From Beijerinckiaceae bacterium (GTDB taxonomy: Bacteria > Pseudomonadota > Alphaproteobacteria > Rhizobiales > Beijerinckiaceae), in contig CANGJJ010000012.1 in the NCBI GenBank assembly GCA_947454485.1, positions 1,687 to 65,686 of the forward strand: 64,000 bases of DNA, written 5' to 3'. Shown here one piece after another: positions 46,453-57,593 of this stretch (the stretch's first letter is position 1; each line of letters begins with the position of its first letter). The translations under genes and the position numbers were made by a program. The notes under the pieces are model-generated. The model saw nothing but the letters and a program-made list of their open reading frames with translations. It was not told where the DNA came from and ran no database searches.

Positions 46453-47508
46453 ATGAGCGGACACACCCGCCTGAGCCGTCGTACTCTTTTGGCCACCAGC
46501 GGCGCGAGCGCTGTCGTCTCCGCTTTTCCCATGCCAGCCATTGCCCAATCACCGGTCGAACTCTCCATTGGCATTTTGAGTTCGAGCAGTGACATCGGAA
46601 TTTTTCTTGCCGATGTGAAAGGCTGGTTCAAAGAAGAGAAGATCATCGCCAAGCCGATCACTTTTAACTCCGGCGTCAATATGGTGGCGCCGATGAGTGC
46701 GGGCCAACTTGATGTGGGCGCAGGCTCCGTCACTGCAGGTCTCTACAATGCAGCCGCACGCGGCTTTAAAATGCGCGTCGTCGCCGACAAAGCCTCTTCG
46801 CAGCCGGGCTATGGCGTCAACAAATGCCTCATCTCCAAACGTCATGTGCAAAGCGGACGCTACAAGGAGCTGAAAGATCTGAAAGGCATGAAAGTCGGCA
46901 TGAATGGGCCGGGCAATAGCAACTGGGGCAGTTTGTGGGGCGCGCTGAAAGTTGCAGGCTTAAAGCTCAGCGATGTCGAGACGGTGGATCTGTCTTATCC
47001 TGATCATGTGCTCGCGCATCAGAATAATACGCTGGATGCCTCTTTCACCATCGAGCCGCATGGTACGCGAACCTTGATGGAAGGCTATGCGATTGAGGCC
47101 ACGTCAGATGACAAGACGCGCCCCTATCACGCCGTCGCGCAATTGCTCTATCCTGAAAAGATCGCGGGCAATCGTGATCTGGGCACACGCTTCATGCGCG
47201 CCTATCTGCGCGGTGTTCGCTATTATCATGCAGCGCTGAAAGACGGGAAACTCGCAGGCCCCAATGCCGAAGAGATCATTCAGGTTCTCACGGCCAATAC
47301 GCCCACCAAAGATCCGCAGGTCTATCGCACCATCGTACCAAACGGGATTGATCCTGATGGCAAGATCAATGTGGCGACGCTGAAGGAAGATTGGGACGTC
47401 TATAATCAGATGGGCTGGATTCAAAATGGCGCGACCGTCGACCAAGTGATCGACATGTCCTTTGTGGAGGCCGCGCTGAAAGATCTTGGCCCCTACAAGA
47501 AATCATAA
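46453..47508 (+). CDS. Periplasmic substrate-binding protein, NMT1/SsuA-like family, Tat-type signal
   Basis: 351 aa. MSGHTRLSRRTLLATSGASAVVSAFPMPAIAQ (SRRxLL twin-arginine motif). Paralog of 8505..9536. Confidence 0.85.
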   Translation: MSGHTRLSRRTLLATSGASAVVSAFPMPAIAQSPVELSIGILSSSSDIGIFLADVKGWFKEEKIIAKPITFNSGVNMVAPMSAGQLDVGAGSVTAGLYNAAARGFKMRVVADKASSQPGYGVNKCLISKRHVQSGRYKELKDLKGMKVGMNGPGNSNWGSLWGALKVAGLKLSDVETVDLSYPDHVLAHQNNTLDASFTIEPHGTRTLMEGYAIEATSDDKTRPYHAVAQLLYPEKIAGNRDLGTRFMRAYLRGVRYYHAALKDGKLAGPNAEEIIQVLTANTPTKDPQVYRTIVPNGIDPDGKINVATLKEDWDVYNQMGWIQNGATVDQVIDMSFVEAALKDLGPYKKS

Positions 47509-47531
47509 AGGCCAAGCATAGTCATCATAGC

Positions 47532-48032
47532 TCAGGTTTCACGGGGCCGCAGATGCTCCGTGAAGCCAAGCGGCTTGGCATCGACCAAAACAAAGACCAT
47601 ACGGCAGACCTCATCATAGCGATTGATCCACGCATGATTGGTGCCCCGCTGCACCATCACATCACCCGCGCTCAAGGTGGTGATCTCACCGTCATCAAGC
47701 TCCATATCAATCTTGCCGGAAAGAACGACGATATAATCCACCGTCTCGGTGCGATGCATGGTCGGTTCATTGTTGGGTGGATAATCAGCGATCATGAATC
47801 GTGTGCCATTGACGGGCGGATAGGTGCCTAATTTTCGCGCGCCCATATCCTCCACCATTTCGCCAACCGGCATCTCAGCTGGCGCGCCATCGGTGCACCA
47901 CATCAAGGTTGTGTATTGGCCGGGACGTGGACTGCGTGTGTTCGTGGCAATGCCATCTTGAATGATCTTGGCCTTGTTGACCGCACTGTGACCTGTGATG
48001 ACGCGGCGAATGGGAACGGCTGTCTCACCCAT
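47532..48032 (-). CDS. Cupin-domain protein
   Basis: ORF track 47532..48242. The ATG at 48032 follows GGGGGAGA. HRTETVDYIVVLSGKIDMELDDGEITTLSAGDVMVQRGTNHAW is a single cupin barrel. 166 aa. Confidence 0.75.
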   Translation of the reverse strand: MGETAVPIRRVITGHSAVNKAKIIQDGIATNTRSPRPGQYTTLMWCTDGAPAEMPVGEMVEDMGARKLGTYPPVNGTRFMIADYPPNNEPTMHRTETVDYIVVLSGKIDMELDDGEITTLSAGDVMVQRGTNHAWINRYDEVCRMVFVLVDAKPLGFTEHLRPRET

Positions 48033-48117
48033 AGATGTCTCCCCCAAATCTCTCTTTAATGTTAGGCTAGAGAGCGATAGAGAGCGGGTCAACATGACTT
48101 GCAAGGGAGAGACACGA

Positions 48118-48705
48118 ATGTCTGAGGCTGACGACCGCCGCGCAATCCGCGACATTATTGAGGGCTGGGCGATCTGGCGCGACAGTGGCGATTGGGAGAA
48201 GTTGCGCAGTTGCTGGCATTCAGATGCGATCATGAATGCCACCTGGTTTCAGGGCTCCTACGAAATCTTCATGGACAATGCCAAAAAGGCTTTCGACAAA
48301 GCGGGTGCTTTCAGCATTCACTTTCTCGGCGGCACAGTCATTGAGCTGAAGGGCCAGCGCGCGATTGCACAAACCAAGATGATGATCTCATCGCGCGACA
48401 AAGTGGACGGCGTTGATTGCGATGTTGTCTGCACCGGGCGCTTTTATGATTTCTTCGAACAGCGCAATGGACGCTGGGCCATTGTCGAGCGCCAGCCGAT
48501 CTATGAGAAAGATCGTTTCGATGCGCTCGATCCGCGTCAGTTCCCGACTTTTGATCAAACGATTCTCGACAGCTTCCCGGTCGGCTATCGCCATCTGGCT
48601 TATATTCAGGTGAAACGCGGCCTGCCGGTGAAGCGCGATATGCCGGGCCTGCGTGGGCCTGAAGTCGAGGCGCTTTATGCGCGCGGCGCGGCGTGGTTGG
48701 CCTGA
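48118..48705 (+). CDS. SnoaL-like / NTF2-family protein
   Basis: ORF track 47995..48705. The ATG at 48118 lies 8 nt after GGGAGA. DDRRAIRDIIEGWAIWRDSGDWEKLRSCWHSDA is a typical NTF2-like N-terminus. 195 aa. Confidence 0.7.
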   Translation: MSEADDRRAIRDIIEGWAIWRDSGDWEKLRSCWHSDAIMNATWFQGSYEIFMDNAKKAFDKAGAFSIHFLGGTVIELKGQRAIAQTKMMISSRDKVDGVDCDVVCTGRFYDFFEQRNGRWAIVERQPIYEKDRFDALDPRQFPTFDQTILDSFPVGYRHLAYIQVKRGLPVKRDMPGLRGPEVEALYARGAAWLA

Positions 48706-48708
48706 GGC

Positions 48709-49284
48709 CTAACCACCCAGTGAGCGCACATGAGCCGCGATCTTCTGTGCGACATCGGCATGATAATCTTCCACCGGCTTGAAGCCTTCGGCTGCACGGC
48801 AGAAGGCTTCGGCCTCTGCCATGACCTCTTTCGCATCGCGCGACAGATCAAGCTCTTCGATACAGGGCTGTGAAATATACCAAGGCGTATCGCAGAAGAC
48901 TTCGATGCGATTGCCTTCAGGATCGCGGAAGTAAAAGGCAAACGCATTGCCGTGATTGGTGCCGCGCATATCATGCACGCCCGGCTCATCTTTCACACGG
49001 CGCCACACGCTCTGCACATCTTCCAAACGCGGCACGCGGAAGGAGAGCTGGTTGACGTGATTAAAACCCGTCGTGTCGGGGCGGCCCGACACCAGCGCCA
49101 CCTGATGATGGTCGCGTGGATCCCAGCTGGTGAAGACAATATCAAGCCCACGCACAATGCCACGATCCGTCTCGGTGAAGCCCAAAACGCGCGTATAAAA
49201 ATCCACCATGCGCGGCAGATCTTTGCAGTGCAGACCCACATGGCTGAAGGCGAGTTTGACGGGTGGGGGCTTGGTATCGGTCAT
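48709..49284 (-). CDS. VOC-family (glyoxalase/extradiol-dioxygenase fold) protein
   Basis: 191 aa. FSHVGLHCKDLPRMVDFYTRVLGF and AFYFRDPEGNRIEVF are paired beta-alpha-beta-beta-beta module signatures. Confidence 0.8.
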   Translation of the reverse strand: MTDTKPPPVKLAFSHVGLHCKDLPRMVDFYTRVLGFTETDRGIVRGLDIVFTSWDPRDHHQVALVSGRPDTTGFNHVNQLSFRVPRLEDVQSVWRRVKDEPGVHDMRGTNHGNAFAFYFRDPEGNRIEVFCDTPWYISQPCIEELDLSRDAKEVMAEAEAFCRAAEGFKPVEDYHADVAQKIAAHVRSLGG

Positions 49285-49385
49285 TCTGCTTATTCCTGAT
49301 CAGGTTGGCGGCAAGCTTTCAAATGCGATGGGCGGCGTCAAGTTGGTTATTTGCCAGCGCCCTGCCCGCTGCCTATGCTGCAGTC

Positions 49386-50324
49386 ATGACACAAGGGGAG
49401 GATGTGCCGGGCTCTGTTCGCTCGCAGGCAACGGCATTACGCGCACGGGCTGATCGAATGAGTGCGCGGCTCGGCGGGCCGGGCCTTGCCATTGCTTGCG
49501 TCTCCCTTGGCTCATTCATGCTCGTCATCATGGCGGTTGTGGTGAAGGTGCTGGGTGATCGCATCCCAAGCTTCGAACTGCTCTTCTTTCGCTCGGCCGT
49601 GGGCTTTGTGTTCATTCTGCCGCTCTTTGCCAAAGACCCGATGGAGCCTTTGCGCACAAAGCGCCCCTTGATGCATCTGGCGCGTGGCGGGCTCGGTGCC
49701 ATGGGCAATTTCTGCTTCTTCTGGACCATCACCCATATGATGCTGGCCGACAGCATGGCGTTGCAGTTCTCGCGGCCACTCTTCATGATCCCGCTCGCCA
49801 TTTTCTTTCTGGGCGAGCGCGTGCCTTTCAATCGACTGCTCGTCTCGATTGTCGGCTTTGCCGGCATTCTGATCTATGCGCGCCCCTTCACGGCGGGCTT
49901 CGACAGCAATGCGCTTTTGGGGGCTGCGGGCGCCCTCTTCGGCGGCCTTGTGGTGGTGGCAATCAAGCGGCTGGCCAAGACCGAAACAACCACCGTCATC
50001 ATGTTCTATTATGCGTTCTGGAACGCCATTCTGTCCTTCATTCCCAGCTGGTTCGTCTGGGTCTGGCCGCAGGGCACTGAATGGCCCCTGCTGATCCTCA
50101 TCGGCTTTCTGGGCATCAGTGGGCAGGGCCTGATCACCAAGGGCCTGACCATGGGCGATGCCTCCGCGCTGGCACCGCTCGACTATTCGCGCATCGTCTA
50201 TGCCGCCCTGCTGGGCTTTGTGCTGTTTGGCGAAGTCCCCGGCCTGTGGAGCTTCGCTGGCATGGCCTTGATCGTTGCCGCCTCGATCTATCTCGTCCTC
50301 ACGGAAAAGAAGAAGGCCGCCTGA
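49386..50324 (+). CDS. DMT-superfamily (EamA-like) transporter
   Basis: ORF track 49263..50324. The start is uncertain (ATG at 49386 or 49458). 10 TM segments in two EamA-like halves. Confidence 0.8.
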   Translation: MTQGEDVPGSVRSQATALRARADRMSARLGGPGLAIACVSLGSFMLVIMAVVVKVLGDRIPSFELLFFRSAVGFVFILPLFAKDPMEPLRTKRPLMHLARGGLGAMGNFCFFWTITHMMLADSMALQFSRPLFMIPLAIFFLGERVPFNRLLVSIVGFAGILIYARPFTAGFDSNALLGAAGALFGGLVVVAIKRLAKTETTTVIMFYYAFWNAILSFIPSWFVWVWPQGTEWPLLILIGFLGISGQGLITKGLTMGDASALAPLDYSRIVYAALLGFVLFGEVPGLWSFAGMALIVAASIYLVLTEKKKAA

Positions 50325-50395
50325 GCAGAGGCGACCTTCGAGCCATTTCGGCAAACTATCCTATCACCGCGCCGGTGTCAAGGATTATTTTCTCT

Positions 50396-51034
50396 TCAGC
50401 GCTTGGTCTTCAGATCGACCTCAAAGCCGCGCGCCGTTGCCGGGCGGGCCATCATGGCGTCATACCAGCGCTTGAAATGAGGATAGGTCGCCAGATCCAC
50501 CTGATGGCGGGGATGGCGCCAAGCCCAACACAGAATGGCAAAATCGGCCACCGAGACCTCGGAACCGGCGAAATAGGCATTCTGGGCGAGGTGCTTTTCG
50601 GCCACCCCATAGAGGCGCAGGGTCTCTTTGGAATAGCGCTCCAGCCCATAGCGGCGGTCGTTCTCATCCTTCACATCGCGGAAGTGATGGTTCTGGCCGA
50701 GCATGGGGCCAAAGCCGCCCATCTGCCACATCAGCCATTCCCAAGCGGCAATGCGCGCGGGACCGGAGGAGCTGAGAAACTTGCCGGTCTTCTCGGCGAG
50801 ATAGAGCAGGATCGCGCCCGATTCAAAAACGCTGATGCTTTTGCCGCCCGGACCATCGGGGTCGACGATTGCAGGAATGCGGTTGTTGGGGCTGATCGCC
50901 AAAAAGGCGGGGTCGAATTGCTCGCCCTTCGAAATATTGATCGGATGAACCGTGTAAGGCAGGCCCATCTCTTCCAGGGCAACGCTGATCTTGCGGCCGT
51001 TGGGCGTGTCCCAAGTGTAGAGCTGTATGGTCAT
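50396..51034 (-). CDS. Glutathione S-transferase, Nu-class (YfcG-like)
   Basis: 212 aa. MTIQLYTWDTPNGRKISVALEEMGLPY...FDPAFLAISPNNRIPAI...FESGAILLYLA. Confidence 0.88.
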   Translation of the reverse strand: MTIQLYTWDTPNGRKISVALEEMGLPYTVHPINISKGEQFDPAFLAISPNNRIPAIVDPDGPGGKSISVFESGAILLYLAEKTGKFLSSSGPARIAAWEWLMWQMGGFGPMLGQNHHFRDVKDENDRRYGLERYSKETLRLYGVAEKHLAQNAYFAGSEVSVADFAILCWAWRHPRHQVDLATYPHFKRWYDAMMARPATARGFEVDLKTKR

Positions 51035-51212
51035 TCAAGTCCCCCTCAGATCGTGCCAGCTTACGCACGCAAGCTCATGAGGCAAGTGCAAAGCGCCACA
51101 AACAGAACCGCATGCGCATTGTCGTGTTGACGAAGGCAACGCTGCTCAAACGAGGCTCTTGGGAGAGGGCAAACTATTGTGGCGGTGAGCCAGAGCCCAC
51201 CGCCCAGCAGAC

Positions 51213-52397
51213 TTAGACCAGCTCAACGGTGAGCGGGTTGTAGGAATAGAGCCAAGCGTTGCGATCTTCGCCTTCATTGCGCTTGGCGAAAGCATCGCGC
51301 ATCGCCTGCACCGAGGGAAGATGGAAAAGATCGCGATTGGCCGAAGACTGGCGAACGATCTTGGCGGTGCGGTCGATGCGGTTGCGCTGATAGAGCTGCA
51401 AGGCATCGGGGATATTGTCGCGCATCGCCAAAGCACGCGCGAGCACTGCACCATCTTCCACCGACATGGCGGCGCCCTGTGCCAGATAGGGCAAGGTCGG
51501 ATGAGCCGCATCACCCAAAAGAGTCACGCGCTTTGAGCTCCAGTCATTGATGGGCTCGCGACCATGCAGCGACCAGCGGAAGCACTGGTCCTTGTCGCAC
51601 AGATCAATGATTGTCTGGATGGCTGGATGCCAACCGATGAAATCCTGCTTCAGCTTTTCCCAGGGGAATTTCATCGTCCAGGATTCTTCGAAGATCTCGT
51701 CCGTCTCAATGAGGCCAACGAAGTTGAGCAGCTTGCCTGCGCGCAGATAATAAACCACCGCATGGCCGCCTGGTCCCATGAAGACCGACATGACCTGTTC
51801 GAGGAAAGGCTGCGGCAAACGCTCGACCGGCACAGTGATGCGCCATGCGGCATCGCCCGTATAACGGGCAGGCGACTCGCCAAACATTTGTGTGCGCACA
51901 ACAGACTTCAAACCATCCGCACCGATGAGGATGTCGCCCTTGGCAACATGGCCATTGGTGAAGTGAAGCTCGACACCATCGTCCGTCTCGACAAATTTTG
52001 TCGCGCGATGGTTGAGGTGGATGAGATTGGGCTTCAGCGACTGCGCCTTGGTGGCGAGAATTTCATGCAGGTCGGCGCGATGAAGCTGGGTATAGGGCGC
52101 GCCATTCTTCTTCAGGTGATCTTCGGCCAGCTCGAAACGCTGCAAAACTTCGCCCGTATCATGCAAGCGGAAGACATAAGCACCGGGGCGAACGCCAACG
52201 CGATCAAGCTCAGGGCCAAGACCGAAAGAGCGCAACACATGCATGCAATTCGCGCTGAGCTGAATGCCAGCACCAACTTCACCCAGCTGAGCTGCCTGCT
52301 CATAGATCTCGACATCATGACCAGCCTGCGACAGGCTGATGGCTGCAGCCAAGCCGCCCAGACCAGCACCGGCAATGATGATCTTCTGACGTTCCAT
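51213..52397 (-). CDS. FAD-dependent aromatic-ring monooxygenase (salicylate / 3-hydroxybenzoate 6-hydroxylase family)
   Basis: ORF track 51213..52406 (GTG). The ATG at 52397 lies 9 nt after GGAAGGAG. IIIAGAGLGGLAAA (GxGxxG) and LLGDAAHPTLPYLAQGA (GD motif). 394 aa. Confidence 0.87.
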   Translation of the reverse strand: MERQKIIIAGAGLGGLAAAISLSQAGHDVEIYEQAAQLGEVGAGIQLSANCMHVLRSFGLGPELDRVGVRPGAYVFRLHDTGEVLQRFELAEDHLKKNGAPYTQLHRADLHEILATKAQSLKPNLIHLNHRATKFVETDDGVELHFTNGHVAKGDILIGADGLKSVVRTQMFGESPARYTGDAAWRITVPVERLPQPFLEQVMSVFMGPGGHAVVYYLRAGKLLNFVGLIETDEIFEESWTMKFPWEKLKQDFIGWHPAIQTIIDLCDKDQCFRWSLHGREPINDWSSKRVTLLGDAAHPTLPYLAQGAAMSVEDGAVLARALAMRDNIPDALQLYQRNRIDRTAKIVRQSSANRDLFHLPSVQAMRDAFAKRNEGEDRNAWLYSYNPLTVELV

Positions 52398-52552
52398 CTC
52401 ACCCAACTCCTTCCAACCCTAAAGGGCCCCAAAGCCCTGCATGCGCGCCTTATAAACGATCGCGCCGCGTGTCCTATAAAAATACGCAAAGGGGCCACAG
52501 CCGGATTGCCGCAGGCTCAGCCTGCGGAACAAGCCTGCGGTCTGGACGTTCT

Positions 52553-52711
52553 ATGCCCATGGCCCACACAGACTTCGAGCAAGCGCAAAGCGCCGACGAA
52601 AATGACCTGGACGAACATCTGCGCACCTATGCGCAGTTTCGCATATGGGCGATGGGGGGCGCGCTGGGCGCCCCGCTTTTGCTGGCATTTGTGCTCTACT
52701 GGACGCTCTAG
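52553..52711 (+). CDS. Small membrane protein resembling aa3-type cytochrome c oxidase subunit IV (COX4_pro_2-like)
   Basis: In-frame ATG of ORF 52469..52711. The 52-aa product is MPMAHTDFEQAQSADENDLDEHLRTYAQFRIWAMGGALGAPLLLAFVLYWTL. The D-x3-H-x2-TY-x2-F motif plus a single TM resembles alphaproteobacterial subunit IV as I recall it. No other cox genes are nearby. Confidence 0.4.
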   Translation: MPMAHTDFEQAQSADENDLDEHLRTYAQFRIWAMGGALGAPLLLAFVLYWTL

Positions 52712-52712
52712 C

Positions 52713-54554
<1,842 letters not shown>

Positions 54555-54665
54555 GGTCGGTCCTCTGGTTGGAGCGAGGCTGCTTATAAGCGATCCGGCG
54601 GGCCGCTGGAAGCGCCCGCCGGCAAAGTTGATGCCCCGTGAAGGGCGGCAAAGCCCCGGCTGGGG

Positions 54666-55847
54666 TTACAGCTCAGTGATGCGCTGGGGGAACTTATGCA
54701 GCCCCTCAACCTCGCCCTTGTCATTGACCAGCCAGTTGTCGCAGACCCAGCTATAGGTGCCGGGCGTCACATAGGTGGGGTGAACAGCAAAGAGCATGTT
54801 GCGGCCGACCTTCAGGGTCTCGTCCTGACGGATCAGCGGGCGCTCGACCATGTCATAGCCCTGACCATGGGCGTAGAGGCGGTTTTCTTTCGGGCGGCCG
54901 TTCTTGTGCATGAAGTCATTGTAGCGCTCGAAAATGTCGCGGGGCTCGGCGCCCGGCTTCAACAGATCGAGGGTGAAACGCTGCGCTTCGAGCACGAAGG
55001 CAAATTCGTCCTTCATCTCTTGCGAGGCTTTGCCCAGAACAAAGGTACGGCCGATCTCGCCATAGAAGCCACCGGGACCATTGTTCTCGATCAAAATGCA
55101 GAACTGGTCGCCTGGCTGGATAACGCGGTTCTGCAAATGGGGTGGCTGCATGACCGCTGCCGTACCCACGGGGCCAGAGGCTGCCATATACCAGCCCTGC
55201 TCGCTGCCAAGCGGGGTGGACGCGGCGCGCGCAATCTCCACCACATCAGCATCGCGCATACCCGGACGCAGCGCCTTGGCGACAGCTTCTGCCGCCGCAT
55301 CCTGCAAAGCTGCCATCTTGCGAATGAGGCCAATCTCTTCGGGGCTCTTCACCGCTTTGATCTCATCGACAAGATCAGAGGCATCCACAAAAGTTGCGCG
55401 CGGCAGATGAGTCTTGAGATAGCTCACCATCGCGTAAGACAGCTGCGCAGTGCCAAGCAGACCAATGGTCGCGCCCGCATATTTCTCGAGCCCCTTGAGC
55501 GCCAACTCGGCATCATAGGTCGAAGTGTAATTCACCGCCGTATAGCTGGGTGAACCAAACTGACGGCCAACGCCGCGACGGATCGGATCATTGCTCAGCT
55601 TGTTGTCGAGACCAAACGGCCCCTGCCCAACTGTGACCATTGCCTCGTCGCGGGGGAAGATCACCGTGAAGGGATAGCCATTGGTGGCCGGAAAATCGGT
55701 CAGATATTTCACATAGCCATTCATGAAGTCGTTGCTGCCTTGGGCGAGCAACACATCAATCTTGCGCTGAGCCATGGCTGCACGAATAGCGGCCCAGCGG
55801 CGCTCCAGCTCTGCAGTGGAAATCGGGGAATTAACGCGTTCCAACAT
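54666..55847 (-). CDS. M24-family metallopeptidase (Xaa-Pro aminopeptidase/creatinase-like)
   Basis: 393 aa. It has a creatinase/prolidase N-domain plus a pita-bread domain (PGDQFCILIENNGPGGFYGEIGRTF...LYAHGQGY...VHPTY). Confidence 0.82.
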   Translation of the reverse strand: MLERVNSPISTAELERRWAAIRAAMAQRKIDVLLAQGSNDFMNGYVKYLTDFPATNGYPFTVIFPRDEAMVTVGQGPFGLDNKLSNDPIRRGVGRQFGSPSYTAVNYTSTYDAELALKGLEKYAGATIGLLGTAQLSYAMVSYLKTHLPRATFVDASDLVDEIKAVKSPEEIGLIRKMAALQDAAAEAVAKALRPGMRDADVVEIARAASTPLGSEQGWYMAASGPVGTAAVMQPPHLQNRVIQPGDQFCILIENNGPGGFYGEIGRTFVLGKASQEMKDEFAFVLEAQRFTLDLLKPGAEPRDIFERYNDFMHKNGRPKENRLYAHGQGYDMVERPLIRQDETLKVGRNMLFAVHPTYVTPGTYSWVCDNWLVNDKGEVEGLHKFPQRITEL

Positions 55848-55900
55848 GACAGCATCTCCAAAAAGGTCAGCACCCCGGGAATGACCGAAGCGCTTTGGTG

Positions 55901-56938
55901 TTACTTCAATGCGGCGCGGGCGCGCTGCACGATGGGTTCGGGCGTGTTGTAAATCTCTTCGACGATCTTCTGCACCGCTTCGCCGCTCACAGGATCAATG
56001 CCCAATTTCAGCTTGGCCGCTTCGGCCAGAAATTCAGGATCCTTCATCGTCGCATCAAAGGCACGGCGATAGGCTTCCACACGCGCGGGCGGTGTGTTGG
56101 GTGGCAGCACATAGGGGCGACCAAATTCGAGCTGGCTGAAGATGACCTGCAAAGTTTTGCGGTCCTCTTCGGTCTTCACGAATTTGAAGATCGAGGGTAC
56201 GCCCATTTTGTTGAGCAAGGGGTCGCCTTCGGGCGAGGAGAGTTGCGCGATGATGCGCACTTTCTTTTCGTCGAGCCAATTCTGATAGCTCGAGATGAAG
56301 CTCGTCCACTGAATGCCGCAAATCCCCGACGTCTCACCGCGCTCCATGGAAAGCGCAGCTTCACGCGAGCCGGGATAGCCGGTGATCATTTTGAACTTGG
56401 TGCCCAGCACATTGTTCAAGACGGTGGGATATTGGCGAATGGAGGATGTGACACCCGATGTGCCAACCACAAGCTCCTTGGTGAAAACATCTTCGAAAGT
56501 CTGGATGTCAGACGTGTGCCACGCCACGCAGATGCTCGTCTCGCGATTGGCCGAGCCGATATAGATAAATTTGCGCGGATCAAAGAGCGTGGCCGATGCA
56601 TCGCCAATCAGCGGCTCCATCACTGCGCCCATGAAGATCGCACCAAAGGTGGAGCCATCGCGCGGCAATTTGTTGTAGAGCAAATTGGCTGCTGAGAGCG
56701 AGCCAGCGCCATCCATATTCCGCGCAACAATATTTGGTTTGCCGGGAAGATGCTTGCCAATGTGATGAGCGAGCGCGGAGCCATAAATACCATAGCCACC
56801 ACCGGGAGCAGAACCGATGAGGAAATTGACATTCATGCCGGTGAAGAATTTCTCATTGTCCGGCACACTTTGCGCTTGCGCGCTCGCGAGCGAGGCAGCT
56901 AGGCACAGGGCCGTCCATGTCGTCAGCGTCTTGAACAT
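55901..56938 (-). CDS. Bug-family (TctC-like) substrate-binding protein
   Basis: ORF track 55901..57016, ATG at 56938. MFKTLTTWTALCLAASLASAQAQ is the signal peptide. GGGYGIYGSALAHHIGKHLPGKPNIVARNMDGAGS. Confidence 0.88.
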   Translation of the reverse strand: MFKTLTTWTALCLAASLASAQAQSVPDNEKFFTGMNVNFLIGSAPGGGYGIYGSALAHHIGKHLPGKPNIVARNMDGAGSLSAANLLYNKLPRDGSTFGAIFMGAVMEPLIGDASATLFDPRKFIYIGSANRETSICVAWHTSDIQTFEDVFTKELVVGTSGVTSSIRQYPTVLNNVLGTKFKMITGYPGSREAALSMERGETSGICGIQWTSFISSYQNWLDEKKVRIIAQLSSPEGDPLLNKMGVPSIFKFVKTEEDRKTLQVIFSQLEFGRPYVLPPNTPPARVEAYRRAFDATMKDPEFLAEAAKLKLGIDPVSGEAVQKIVEEIYNTPEPIVQRARAALK

Positions 56939-56955
56939 TGCTTGATCCTTATGCT

Positions 56956-57588
56956 TCAGGACATGGCGGCCCAGCGTTCTGCGATTTCGCGCACGCTGAG
57001 CACCGGGCTTGTCCATGATTTCAAAAAGCCGATGCTGCGCGCTTGCGCCTCATCGGTATAAGAGCCCGTCGCATCTTCCGCGATGACCGAATAATAGCCA
57101 TGCGCAGCGGCGTGACGGGCGGTGAACTCGACGCCGATATCGGTGGCGACACCGGCCAAAACCAAAGTCTGCACACCCAGCGTCTTCAGGCGAAGATCGA
57201 GCGGCGTGTCGACAAACAAAGAAGGCTGGCTTTTTTGAATGACGATATGGTGGGGCGCGGGTGCCAGACCATCGACAAACTGCGTATCCTCCATCCCCTC
57301 TTCCATCGCGGGCGTGAGTTGATCAGGATGAGTGACCTTCTGCTTCTTCATCATGAAGAGTTTGAACGGGCCGCTCATGAGATGGCGAGGCGGCAGGATA
57401 TGGCGGCTCCAGATCACAGGGATGCGTGCCTTCTCGGCAGCCGCCAAAAGCTCCTGCGCAGCCGCAATCACCTTGGACGCATGGAGTGCTTTGCCCGCAA
57501 GGCCCTTTTGAAAATCCCACATGACCAGCGCCGCCTGCGAGGGGCGGAGAAAATCATCGAGTGAGAGCGGCACTTCCTGCTTCGTCAT
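56956..57588 (-). CDS. Isochorismatase-family hydrolase, subclass lacking the nucleophilic cysteine
   Basis: ORF track 56956..57654. ATG at 57588 (the start is uncertain by a few codons). ALVMWDFQ (Asp) is present. VLAGVATDIGVEFTA has Gly where Cys-type family members have TxxCV. No signal peptide. Confidence 0.8.
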   Translation of the reverse strand: MTKQEVPLSLDDFLRPSQAALVMWDFQKGLAGKALHASKVIAAAQELLAAAEKARIPVIWSRHILPPRHLMSGPFKLFMMKKQKVTHPDQLTPAMEEGMEDTQFVDGLAPAPHHIVIQKSQPSLFVDTPLDLRLKTLGVQTLVLAGVATDIGVEFTARHAAAHGYYSVIAEDATGSYTDEAQARSIGFLKSWTSPVLSVREIAERWAAMS

Positions 57589-57593
57589 GTTCC

